From: Selaginella moellendorffii
Taxonomy: Eukaryota > Plantae > Lycopodiophyta
NCBI RefSeq assembly: GCF_000143415.4
Contig: NW_003314460.1
Span: 1-64,000, forward strand
Length of the DNA: 64,000 bases
Reading direction: 5' to 3'
A model generated the notes under the pieces. The model did no database searches. It was given only the letters and a program-made list of their open reading frames with translations, and was not told the origin of the DNA. A program made the translations under genes and the position numbers. Shown in pieces: positions 26,885 through 39,489 of the stretch (positions are counted from its first letter, which is position 1; each line of letters starts with the position of its first letter).

Positions 26885-26990
26885 CTGATGCAAGGAAAGT
26901 TTGCCGACTTTGTGGTGTTGTCCGAGTCTCCTTTTGGACAGGGCTTTTCCTCAAGTGGTTACATTCGTTGGTGGAAATATTGCCTCCCTT
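26885..26990 (+). pseudogene. Amidohydrolase-3 C-terminal fragment
   Basis: QGKFADFVVLSESPF...TFVGGNI; paralogue of 17985-18125. Confidence 0.65.
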
Positions 26991-27033
26991 TCTTAAGGCG
27001 TTATTCCATAATTATTTGGTCTTTTAAATATAG

Positions 27034-27232
27034 CATATTTGCGAGAAGATTAATCATCAAGCAGCTGGTAAAGACCTTCAAATAGATTTATTTGAGGGGC
27101 GTGGTTCACCAGGATCTCAAGCTTGACAACATCCTTTCCAAGCTAAACATGCACGACAAAGTGGTGAGCACCTTTAGGAGATATCACCACAGCGAAGTAC
27201 ATGGCAGCTGAGGTGGTGGAGAACAAGGATTG
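27034..27232 (+). pseudogene. Ser/Thr protein kinase fragment
   Basis: IIKQLVKTFK*IYLRGVVHQDLKLDNIL, with the same stop as the copy at 18165. Confidence 0.7.
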
Positions 27233-28317
27233 GAGCTCTACATGGCAGCCTACTCTACTTTCTTACAGACAAAGCCATGAACTGTTTTTAAAAAAGCCAT
27301 TTCTAAAGGAATAAGACAGCATTAAATAAACTGTTGTGTATGTACGTGTTTATAGACACAACTTTGAAGCCATGAGCTTGGTTTGATTCGGTACATGATA
27401 TTTGTACATTAACTCAGGGCATAGAAATGATTTCTGTGTTTGATTTTATTTAGTGTTTTGCTCTCTCTCGTAAAGGTTTTAGGTAAAAAACAAAATGTCT
27501 ATATGTCATTCCAGATCACGATCCTAAAAAACGCTTAAAACATTCAAAAGGAAGCGTGCAGGCAGAAAACAGTTCAGAAGAGTGACCTGCACATACAAGA
27601 ATCTCTATTCTATTGTGCTATTGCTATGTTTGCTTGAATATAAAACAGAAAAAAAACCAAAAAAACTTATCGATAAGAAACTGCATCGTTGCATGACGAG
27701 CTAAACAGAACTAACACCTACCAAAGCTATTCTACTTTGCTGAAACTACTAGCCTATTATACAAATTGAAATAACTAGCTGGAAATGGGACACAAAAGAA
27801 AGCATAAAACTATCGATGCCATTTTAGAAGGGGATGTAATTGTAGCAAATGCTACTGGAAATCAAGAACTCATACCGTTTACCACTAATGTGGAGATTTG
27901 TTTGGAAACTAATATGGGCAAAAACAATGCTTGCAGAATATGATGTTATGCCAACTGGCAACACCCATGGATTTGTCAAAAATTGCAGCATTAAGATCGA
28001 CAAGATGTGAAGGAGTGGTGTAAAAAAGAGTGCTCTCGGCCTTGAGAACGACTTGGGCATGAAGAAAGTTCGAGCGGCATAAAAGAAAATGCCAGCAGCA
28101 AGTTCCTATTTCCTTTTCACCATTTCTAACTTCATTTGCTTGCGTTTTTCTTTTTTGATGAAAACAAGTTGGAATGAAAAGGAAAGCAAGGGAGTTGAAA
28201 TGTAAAGAAAGAATTGTAAAACGTTTATTGATATATAAATAAAGACCAAAGTTGAATCGAGATCTTTCACTAATCATCCAATATATTTAAACTAAAGAGC
28301 CTCATTGATCATTGCAG

Positions 28318-28690
28318 TAGGTGGCCCTAATTATTTTAATCTATATATATAAATTTAATATAATATTGGAAGTTTCAAACCAAATAATGAAAAATATGAA
28401 CCTTATTCACAATGAAATATTTTAGAATACTGCTAAAGAAACGGAAATAAAAATCAAAAAACAAACATAATTATAAATGCAATGAGCAACTAATGGGTGG
28501 TCTTGATAAATTATTAAAAGAGATAAATCCCTATGCTAATGCATTCAAAAAATGGTAAGAAATAGAGAATGAAGAGTTAAATTCAACAAATATTCAAGGA
28601 GGCATAAGTGATATTGTAATACATATAAAAGGCAATTGGACAACTGATCCAAGATGATATAATGCACTAGGTTCAAATGATTTTAAACAT
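28318..28690 (+). mobile_element. Decayed Helitron RepHel N-terminal coding remnant
   Basis: Manual translation gives GGPNYFNLY..YNIGSFKPNNEKYEPYSQ*NIL, CNEQLMGGLDKLLKEINPYANAFK and DPR*YNA. These match, in order, the RepHel motifs GPxxFxIxGQxYHxIGSLxP..YAQLYI, LxxLLxExNPYAxxFK and DxRRYNxP. Confidence 0.7.
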
Positions 28691-29939
28691 TTAGTTGTAC
28701 AAAGATGGTATTCATTGATGAAGTTTTTTATTATGTCTACTATATATGATATTTTTAAAACAAAAAATATGTTCAAAAATATATAGAATCAATGAAAGAC
28801 TCTTTCTTCTAGAACAAAAACTTTATAGAACAAAGAGTATCTGATGAATTCAAAAGTTAAAAGTAAATAAAGTAGTGACTATAGAAATGATATATTTTAT
28901 AACTTAAAATAGAAGAGTTGTAAATAAGTTATACTTTTATCATAATCTTATGATTTATAACTTTATGATATTGCATAAATATGAGACTATATCTGAGTTC
29001 ATAGAAAACTCAATATGAGTAGATTCATTGATGAATATCTAATAAGTTTGTTATTTACACTAATAATTTTTCCATTGATACATGGAAAACAGATAACTAA
29101 AATATCATTGAGACAACATTAGACACAATACAAAAGGCTACCATCTTAAAAAATGTGATTCATCATCACTTAAAATTTTATTATTAATAAAGCAATCTAT
29201 GGACCATTTTTTCATTTTCTGATATGTTATGGTTTTAGGAAAAAAAAATATTATGAATCATCAATACCATAATATCAGGATAAAAACTTACCTTTCATTG
29301 AAAGATTTTAGCCTCATTGTAAATTTATATAAAAATAAATTAAACATAAATGTAATAATCTTAATTCATTGTAGCATTCTCTCTATATAAAAACATATAC
29401 AGAAAGAATCTTAATAATATAAAATATAATACTTTAAATTTTAGATAGTACTTCTAAAAATTATGATATTTTGAAGGGATAGGATATCGAATACAAATAT
29501 GGAAAAAAATTCTAAAATAAAAATATAATGTAATTTTAGAGAATAAGTTTAAATTAATTTTAAAAATACTAAATACAATAAAGACAAAATAAAATATCTA
29601 AATTAAAATATAAATAAAATATTTTCTATAAAAATATGATATTTTATAACTTAAAATAGAGGAGTTAATATCTCTAAATATCTGTTGTGTAAAATATTTT
29701 CTTATTAGTCAAAGTATGTTATTTTACTTTTACTTTTAATTACATCTCTTTCCAGGTAAGATCTTGTGCTGATACTAAATTTAATTTCCCAAAAAATATG
29801 TAGTTGAGGATGCCTGAAATTAACAGTGATTTATGCCTGAAAGTAGCAGAAATTTTCTAAGAAAATTTGAGGATTCTAATCAATAAGTATAAGCTGCATG
29901 GTAAACTCTAAGTGAACTTGCAAGAAAAAGAAATGCAGT

Positions 29940-30379
29940 ACCAAATGAAATGCTCCAAGGTTCCTCTAAGCCGACAGGTTAAATGTATAATTTTCAATCT
30001 GGCTGATAAATTCTATAATCTTTTTGTGTGTGTTATTTAAATACTGACTTATTGTGACTCTTTTGCCATGAAGAACACATAAATTGATGGCTTCAAAGAG
30101 TTGAACAAGGTAGTCCTCAGTAGCCTGTTGCTCCTTTGATGGAACACTTTGCATGACAGTTGGAACATGATGATTTTGATCCTTTTATGTCAAACTGGTC
30201 TTTTCAAATACTAATAACAATTTTTCCATAGACTAATATTACTTTTATTCTATAAAGTCTAATCTACAGCAATTCTTCATGCAATTCTTCATGGATCAAT
30301 TCCTACTCTATTAACTGCAAAGGAAAGCCGCACCTGATCTTCACCCTAGCTTTCTTGGTGTTGATTTTCTTCTGACCAT
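29940..30379 (-). pseudogene. Histone H3-family (CENH3-like) fragments
   Basis: MVRRKSTPRK at 30379; QATEDYLVQLFEAINLCVLHGKRVTI followed by an intron; RLRG downstream. The histone-fold middle is missing. Confidence 0.7.
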
Positions 30380-30449
30380 GACAACCCCCCTCTTGCTCTT
30401 GCAATTCCTAGCACTGCCTACCTCTTATTATTTATCTCTTATTATTAAA

Positions 30450-31658
30450 ATATTTTCTTATTAGTAATCTTATGTTATTTATTAATATAAATATAAATGA
30501 AATTAAAAATATTGAGATGTCAATTGGCTAAGATGTAGCCTAAGATTTATATAATATCATAAATTTTCTACCACTTTATCCTACATTGCATTTATACATG
30601 AAAAACTTAATAAGGTATTAATATGATTGAGACAACATTAGTACATGGACCATATAAAGAAATTTAATTATATTATATTAAACCTTCTATATACCATTCA
30701 TGAATTTTTTGATATATTATAGTTCTAGCATAAAGAAAAGTTTATATATCATCAAACCCTCCTCTACCCCAGTATAGAGTAAAACATTACCATTCATTTA
30801 TCATCATAAAATTTCAGCATTCATAACAGTGTTATAAAGCCTTAATTTTAAATATAAATACATGAATATAGGGAGATAATAATCTTATTTCAGATTTATA
30901 AAAATAACTACAGAAATAATGTTTATGATATATAATAGAATACTTTCTATTTTAAATATTACTCTCAAAATGCATGAATATAAATACTAGGTAAAAATGG
31001 AATATCAATGATAAATATGTAAAATATTATAATTTTATAAAAGAAAATATAACACATAAAGCTAACATCTTTCACTTATTATTATGAAATTCCAAAACTT
31101 TCAGTCTGAAATGATGAAAAGAGAAACTCCATAATAATGTTTATATGTTTTTAATTTAAAAGATGTATACTCTTTAGCTGAGTTTTTAAATATATATTAT
31201 ATATATTTTTAACATAATTATATTTGAGTGTAGTTAAGTAACACATACGTTATTAGGAGGAAAAATTATAGAGTTTAATAAATCATCAAATAATAATAAT
31301 TTTATCAATTATATAGAGATTTCAAATAAAATAAAAAATTAGTTATTAAACAAATGACTCATCTGGCCATGGGATCCCATGGTAAGAAATTCCATTTATC
31401 GAATATCCAAGACTTCACTCAACAATCAGAATTTTAAATATGATATAATGTACTGAGTTATATTTTTTATGTTATGATGTGTGTTGGTGATAGAATCAAT
31501 TGTAGAAGAGATTTTTAATATAAAGATTATGTTATGTTTAACTATATATCTTATAATTATGATTATGTTAAAATTACAATTACGCTTACAACTCTTTGAA
31601 ATTATTAAAATATCAAAAATAAAGACAATGCTCCCAGCGTAGCTGGGACTTTTGCTAG
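30450..31658 (+). mobile_element. Helitron 3' region, unit 3
   Basis: AT-rich block ending CTCCCAGC-GTA-GCTGGGA-CTTTTG-CTAG|TC at 31658. Confidence 0.8.
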
Positions 31659-31875
31659 TCTTACTCCCTTATTTAAACATGCTATTGGCATATGGCATCT
31701 GGCATCTTTTATTCCATTTTTAGAATATTATTTCTGAATATACTTATAATCTAACGGTTCAAATTCAAAAACTTCAAATAGATGGCATACCAAAGGGGTG
31801 GCAACTCTTCAACTTTGAATTGAATGACCTTCCAAATCAAGTGAATTTTTAGGACGTTCAGGCAGATTGTAAACT

Positions 31876-31906
<31 letters not shown>

Positions 31907-32104
31907 TGGGTGGCACTGGCTTCATTCATTCATAGTAAATTCATATACTATTTCACTCTCTTGCTTCTTCCCTATTCTCTTTCGAGGCTTAAAGTTCCAG
32001 TTTGTTCCAGGTGCTTGAGGCTGGAACCACATTGAGAGTGATTCCTATTTTGCAGCGCTATAAACCCTGTAGTCTCTCTTTTACACTTGTATTTTAGGGT
32101 AAAG

Positions 32105-33800
32105 ATGAAGTGGGCGCCTCGTCGATCCAGCGATCAGCTCCAGCAGCAGCAGCCGGGGTGCAAATGGGGCCACACCTGCAATGCGGTCAGGAATCTCATC
32201 TACATTTTCAGTGGCTATGGCCGGGACGAGTGCCAGACCAACGATGTTCACGTCTTCGACATTGGTATAAGTTTCCTCTTCTGGGTTTTCTGAAAAATAT
32301 GGTTTTGATCATGTTTTTGGTGGGATCGCGCAGGGATGTAAACCTGGAGCAAGCCTGTGATGAAAGGAATGCACCCTTCTCCTTGGGACAGCCACAGCTC
32401 CATGGCCGTCGGGTCTAAGCTCTATGTGTTTGGTGGTACCGATGGAACCAGCCCGCTCGACGATCTCTTTGTTTTGGATACTGGTAACCTCTGAGTTTTA
32501 TCGATTTTTTTTTCTTGTTCTTATCAACAATGCAGCTACCAACACCTGGGGGAAACCCGACGTTTTTGGTGATGTTCCTGCTCTGAGAGAAGGACATAGC
32601 ACGTCTCTCATTGGTGACAACCTGTTCGTGTTTGGGAGATGAGGGAAATCCAGTGATCCCTCAGAGGAGGAGTACTACAACGACCTCCATGTTTTGAACA
32701 CGAGTAATATCCTGTTATCTTTCCTTGTTTTCTTCTAAACTTTTTTTTTCCCTGTAGATACTTTTGTCTGGAAGAAGATTTCTACCACTGGAGTCTTGCC
32801 TATTCCTCGGGATAGCCATACCTGCTCTTCCTATAAGAACTGTTTCGTTGTCATGGGTGGCAAGGACGGTGGTAATGCCTATCTAAACGACGTTCATATT
32901 CTGGACACAGGTATATACATTGTGCTGGCATCAGCTCGGCACCAGTCGTCTTTACCTCCCGCCATGCCATTGTTTCTGGAAACGCAAATGAATTCACAAG
33001 TTTAGCCAAGAGCCAGGCACACAACAATCAGCCATGGAAAGTATCTCGTCGTGTTTGGAGGATTCTCCGATGATCGCAAGCTATTCAATGACGTCCATAC
33101 TCTTGACTTAAGTATGTGCGCTTGTAGGTAGATTTGTTTCCTGTTGGTCTCTCATGGGGCTTTTACGTATTTTGTAGCGACTGGTGTTTGGGCGACTTCG
33201 AATCCCTCTGGTCCTGGGCCTTCTCCACGTTTCTCCCTTGCAGGAGATTCTGTGAACGCAGAGCGAGGCATATTATTCTTCTATGGGGGATGTAACGAAG
33301 AGCTTGAAGCTCTGGATGATATGTATTTTCTCAGCACAGGTTGGCTTCTTCTTTTATTGACATTGCTGCCATTCTTGACAATATGGTTGCCGTTTTTCTG
33401 TGAAGAGATGCTGAGGGAGAAAGATCCATCAGAACCAAAGCTATCCATGCATAAGGAACTTAAGAGAAGGTGGCAAGAGTATCATGCCATGCCATTCATG
33501 CTAGACAAGCAACAGGATGTGGACAAGAGCTTGGTTTCGTCTCACGGAGGTTTCTGCGGAAAACCTTGGACCTCTCCAATTCTTACCTGTCAAACTCATG
33601 CTACAGAGTTTCAAGCTCATGTTCAGCCGCTAGGCGAGAAGATGTTTGAGGCTAGAGTAAGCAATGTATTCAACTAGAAGCCTCCATTGATGGGAAGCTC
33701 TTCCGTGGGCTGCTCTTTTCGTACAAGCCTAGCTTTGCTCAGGCAGTGCAATCTTACATGGCGAGGTTTGTTTCGTTTGATCCTCAGTTACTCTCTAACG
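32105..33800 (+). pseudogene. Kelch-repeat protein, copy C (most complete, disabled)
   Basis: ATG at 32105 (MKWAPRRSS..PGCKWGHTCNAVRNLIYIFSGYGRDECQTNDVHVFD), followed by successive kelch exons. Premature TGA at 32640 and an internal inversion at 32929-33005. Confidence 0.9.
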
Positions 33801-33854
33801 CCACTTATTTTTGTTCTCTACCTACCCACTTTATTCCTATTGTGCAGAACTACT

Positions 33855-33882
33855 ATAGCAGAGACCCCAACTCTGCTGGAAT
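33855..33882 (-). mobile_element. Degenerate Helitron 3' end (same subfamily as 2160)
   Basis: tagcagagaccccaactctgctgga versus tagcagagaccccagctccgctggga at 2161. Confidence 0.55.
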
Positions 33883-33980
33883 ATAAATTGATACCAGAGC
33901 ATTGATGAGCATCCTGCAGCTCAGTCAGAACTTTTTTTTTGTCAAGGATATTTCACCTTATGATATGTTTAACTTTGCAG

Positions 33981-34145
33981 GTTGAGCTTGATTCCGAAGG
34001 AGCACATATGTACAATGCTGCTGTTGCTCTTCACAACACTATGATCGAGCTTGAGGTCACAATAGAAGGTGGAAAGGACAGCTTGTCAATGGCTGCTCAA
34101 GCAGGTGGTGAAACTGTCAAGGCACCTGGGAATCTTGTCATTAGT
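33981..34145 (+). pseudogene. FGAM synthase (PurL/PUR4) exon fragment
   Basis: After ttgcag|: ELDSEGAHMYNAAVALHNTMIELEVTIEGGKDSLSMAAQAGGETVKAPGNLVIS, containing the diagnostic GGKDSLSM and KAPGNLVIS motifs. Confidence 0.88.
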
Positions 34146-34204
34146 ACACCAAACAGCTCTCTTTTCTTCTCGTGAGCTTACATTCTTCCTTTTTTCTTCC
34201 AAAA

Positions 34205-35104
34205 GGTACTCCAACACTAGAGCATACAGTCAATCCAAGCTCGCGAACATCTTCCACGCCAAAGAACTGGCAATGAGATTCAAGGTATTAGTCAATGCTT
34301 TCTCTTTCGCTGATTAGGCCGAAGGAGTTGACATCACAGCCAACGCTGTTCATCCAGGGTTCATAATGACACCTTTGATGCAGTGCACACTCTACATAAT
34401 GAGCTTGTCTCTTTGCCTCGTTTGTTTGCCTCAATGAAAGGAGGTAAGGTTTTACTCTGATATTAGGATGTTGATGATACATAATCTTTTTTTCCAAAGA
34501 AAATAATATATCAGAAAATTTAACTATGGTCCATAGATTGATTTAATAATAATAAAAGCTTAGGTGATGATGAATCACATTTTTTAAGATGGTAGCCTTT
34601 TGTATTGTGTTTAATGTTGTCTCAATCATATTTTTACCTTTACACCATTGTATTTATTTTTATATTTTCATGTATCAATGCACAAAAAGATTACTCTTAA
34701 AAACAGTATTATAACTTTATGATATCACACAAATCTTAAACTATATCTACTTTGATGCCATACACACTCTACATAATGAGTTTGTTTTTGGTTACTTATG
34801 GAACTTTGATCTTCATGCAGGGGTTCTCAAGTTCTTCTCCAGCTTCCTTTGGAAAAATGTGCCACAGATAAGAAGAATTCTCCCAATAATCTGGAAGTTT
34901 TTCGTGACTAATATGTGATTGATCTCTCAGGGCGCTGCTACAACGTGCTACGCGGCTTTACATCCAAGTCTCAAGGACGTCACTGGGCAATACTTCGTGG
35001 ATTCCAACAAATCCAACTGTAGCGCTTATGGGAGAGATCCCGAGCTTGCTCACAAGCTATGGACCTTCTCCCAGGACTTTATAGACAAGCATTCTCCATC
35101 CTAA
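34205..35104 (+). pseudogene. TIC32-like short-chain dehydrogenase, 3' half
   Basis: AYSQSKLAN (YxxxK), ITANAVHPG and QGAATTCYAALHPSLKDVTGQYFVDSN..LW, stop at 35104. The N-terminal Rossmann fold is absent. Confidence 0.88.
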
Positions 35105-35189
35105 AGGTAAAAGGTTGATGGTGCTAGAGAGCGAGCGAGCAAACCAGGACAACTTGGCAATGATTTGTGGATAGACTGTATTTACTCTT

Positions 35190-36150
35190 CTCAAAAGCTC
35201 GAGCTCGAGCTTGAACAAAAGTAAGATGCGTTGCCTACATTGCACATGACTAAAACTTTGGTTTCGAGCATGTCGTCCATCACGTACTTGACACCCTCTC
35301 GTTGGATTCCAGAGTCTTTGATCCCACTGTATGACTGGCTATCAACGCACATGCTTGGCGAATTGTTGAGGCAAACTCCTCCAGCCTGTGAGGATCAAAT
35401 AATTATCAAACAGTCGATCAATACTTTCTATATCTCAAACGCAAAGCTACCTCTATATGCTCAAACGCATAGAAGGCCTTGTTTTGATCACACATAAAGA
35501 TGCCGGCTTGGAGTCCGTAATGCGTGCTGTTAGCTTCCATCACGGCTTCCTTGAAATCACTGCGTCACCACCGTTTAAGTTTAGAGAAAAGAAAAGGAAG
35601 TAAAGAAGAACTTCAGGAGCTAAGAAACTTTGAGAGCTGACTTGTATGAGTAGAGAAGGATCACGGGACTGAAAATCTCTTCCTTCCTTGTGTCCGTGTC
35701 AAAGGGAGCATCTTCCAGGATCATTGGCTCCATGAAAGCTCCCCTTTGCTTACCACCAACTAAAAGTTTGGTGCCTGCCTTCACTGCCTCGTTCACACTC
35801 TTCTCCACTGTAGCTGCTGAAGACTCAGATATCATGGGCCTGATTGACGTGTCATCTTGGCGAGGATCTCCACCATTGAGTTTCTTAACGGCAGCGATCA
35901 ATGCATCGTTCACCTACACAACCAGCACCAAATACGTAGATCAAAGCTCGATTTGAGAACAAAGAATATGATAGAATTTAAAGACAAGTGTTGGATACCT
36001 CACCTTTCACCTAAAGACGCTGCATGTGAATGCACAACTGGCCGCTCTGATAGAATCCCTCATGGATCAACCTAGCGATTGTACCTTCCAAGTGTAGAAC
36101 GAGATCTTCCACTAAGCATGGAGCATTGCCTCCCAGCTCCATAACCACCT
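35190..36150 (-). pseudogene. Aldehyde dehydrogenase (ALDH21-like), 3' half
   Basis: MELGGNAP, FYQSGQLC, EEIFSPV, ANSTHYGLQAGIF, GIKDSGIQREGVKY. The 5' half is replaced by AT-rich Helitron sequence. Confidence 0.85.
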
Positions 36151-38099
36151 GTAACAGGAATCAAAGAAGTTGAAGAAAGCGAAGCTCCATCCGAAGGAAG
36201 ATATAATAAAATATCATTATATTTTAGTATCTTTATAAGTATGAATAATTTTCTAAAACAATTTTAGTCTTCAAGATTAGCATTTTCTACAACATCCATC
36301 TTACAACTGATATATATCCCAGCTGAAAATATGTTTCTTTTTTAATAATTTTCTTTAAAAAAAGTTTTTATATTTTATGTAGATAATGGTATTCTATAGT
36401 ATTTAATAAAGCCAAAAATTTCTTCAGTTAGAAGGAAGCAGTTGTTCTTGCAATAAAAAATATATTTTAGTTATTCATGTATATAGTTGTATGTTAGATC
36501 TAATTATATAATTTTGAGTTTTATGTACAATATAATCTAGGTTTGAAAAATCTAATTTATAAAACAAGAGAGTGATGACCTAGATTGGATAAAATAATTT
36601 TAAAAAAATATATATAACAAATTTAAATCTTATTATGAATATATAATCTTATTTTCTATGTTAATTGCTAACATTTCCTACTAGATTGATTTACTGGTAG
36701 TGTTGTGTAACTAATTGTAATCAACAGTGATATGCTTTCATTAACAATAATTTCATCCTAGAAAGAATCAATTACGGCTTTTTTACAAAACATAAGAATA
36801 CTAAACCCAATATGAAGGAAATCCTTCAAACTTTTTCATCATGATTCTTTCTATATTTATTTTCAGACTATTATAATCTAATTATTTATTTTAATCTTAT
36901 ATCTCACTTCAAGATCAATAAAAATAATTACATGCTTTTGTTATATATGCTAAATCCACATATAATATCAACATATTCCCACCTTCTTTAAATATATGCA
37001 TAAAAATATGTTTTCAACAGAAATCAAATGATACTCATAGAAGTTTGTATTTAGCACTCTTGAACAAAATGTGTTATTTAGAATTTTCAGTTTCAACTCC
37101 AAGGGATGTAAATAGTGGCAATAGAATTTAAGTGTCAGAGATGGATTTTAGAAGATGAAAAATATATTAAAAATACTGAAAAGTGGATTTGAAAATTAAT
37201 AATACAATTAATATTTAGAGTAAAAGATTTTTTAGTTAAAAACCAGATAGTGGAGTATTTGGAGCAAGTACTAAAACAAAAGTGTATTATTATTGTGAAA
37301 TATAAATTAGTAAAAATATTAGAAACTAAGTTATTTTTTCTATTCAAATAAATTGTTGATAAGATAAATATCCAAAACATGTACATTCATGAAGAAAACT
37401 AAAAACATTTCATTAGTTTTGGAAGATTTTTATAAGTGTAATTAATTATATAAATCATATTTAGTCTACAAGAGTAGAGTTTTCTACAACATTCTTTACT
37501 TAGTTAGAGGCATCATTACAGTTAAGATAGAATTAATGTTAAAGGTATTATTACAGTTCAAATAAAAACACATTATCTGAATATGCAATCAAAATTATAA
37601 TTTCTGAAAATTAACCTATTATGTTTTGGTAGTATATAATTCTTTGGTTTTATGAAAACTGAATTTCTTTTAAATTATGCCAGCAATCTTGTAGATGTGT
37701 TTAGGTTTGTGTACCGTTTTATGAAGGCAATAAGAGAATTCAAAATCAAATTTAGTGATGATTAAAATATGATCTTCTCTTCCCCAACATTTGCATTATT
37801 ATCTAATTGCATTATTTTCCATTTCTCTGTAGATGAATAGTAGCAAAATTAATATAAATTAAACTTTGTATACAATCAGAATTACTAACATTATAAAATT
37901 AGAAAAGAAGATCTATTTATCTTGGGTATGCTATATCTCCCAACAAATATTTCAGCATACTCATTGTTCTATAGAATGAAACCTTTATAGAACAAAGATT
38001 TATTGATTCAATACTACATTATTGAAATTAAACATAATTTTGTTGTACCAATATAGTATATAGTAGATACAATAGAAAATACAATATAAGACTACAATA

Positions 38100-38346
38100 G
38101 AAGACTTCACTCAACGATTAGAATTTTAAATGTGATATAATATTATGAGTTATATTTATTATGTTATGAGTGTGTTAGTGATAGATTCAATTGTAGAATG
38201 GATTTTTAATATAAATATTATATTATGTTTAACTGTGTATGTTATCATTATGATTATGTTAAAAATTACAATTACAATTACAACTCTTTGAAATTACTAA
38301 AACATTAGGAATAAACACGATGCATAGCTGGGACATTAATCACTAG
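38100..38346 (+). mobile_element. Degenerate Helitron 3' region
   Basis: Homologous to 31410-31658; ends gcatagctgggacattaatcaCTAG|T. A reverse-strand relative lies at ~7240-7340. Confidence 0.55.
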
Positions 38347-39489
38347 TTTTCATTGCTCTCAGCATTGATCATGTTATTATAATCTATTAAATATAGTACC
38401 ATAAACAAAATATAATAATATTATTATTTAAGTGCTAGATCTATGTTTATAAAATATATTAATAGGTTTTATAATCTATGTTTGTTGATAATCATGTTCT
38501 CCTTTAGATTATTTCTGTGTTTAATAATATAATTTTAATTTTATTTTTGAACTAATATTTTCTAGATTTTTAGCTTTATATGATTTAAAATCCATTAGCT
38601 AGAGACAACCTTGAATAAATTATTGCAAGTTTCAAACTTGATTAAAGCTTTTGAAGACATAACTTTCATAAGCTTTTATAATCATAACTTCTAGCATGAT
38701 ATCATTTAATTATAATCCTCATGTGTTTATTATTTTAAACTTTATTCCTAACAATCTAGATATTTATATTCAAATTGTTGTACTTATTTTTAATCTGAAT
38801 CTCTTTTCATGAGAAGTTCGTTTTGGCCACTCTTTTTAACATTTAAATTCTTATTTCTATAAAAAAATTTATTTCCCAGCAGAGTTGTTTTTCTCTCACA
38901 CATGTGATATATGGGTTTGCTCTTTTTAGAAACCTTTAAAAATTATTCTTTTAAATACTTAATTGACCATTTTGGACCAATAAGATATTTTCCTTATGTT
39001 TTGATAGGGACTGAGATAATACAAATGCAGAAGAAATCTAGAGCAAGATCAAAAGACTTATGTAAACCATACGTTTTAACTATAGAAAATAAATCATTTC
39101 ATCAATATTGAGACAAAAGATAAAACTCATGTAAAGCTGCTGGTAGATTCAAGTAAGATTATGAGCAAGAAGACTCATTAAAAATATAAAATATTTTGCT
39201 TAATTTTGAGATATTATTAAGATATGGATTTGATATTTGTATGTGTATGAGATATCTCATACTATATTAGATACCATGTCATATAGTAGACATGAATGCA
39301 TAGTTTTATCATGAAGCATTAGTACAGGTTTGTCCTAATACAAATATTATATCTCTAATGCAATTATTATCTTTGGATGAAGATAAAAGAGAATATTAGA
39401 ATATATTATTTGAATGAAAGGATATGAATTTCAGTACCTTTAAATCAGGGGTGATGATGAGTGTAATGTCTGAACAAGTCACATACGAC

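Noticed and set aside
32105-33800. Kelch copy C as a functional gene
   Set aside because: Premature stop at 32640, an exon-destroying inversion and a truncated 3' end.
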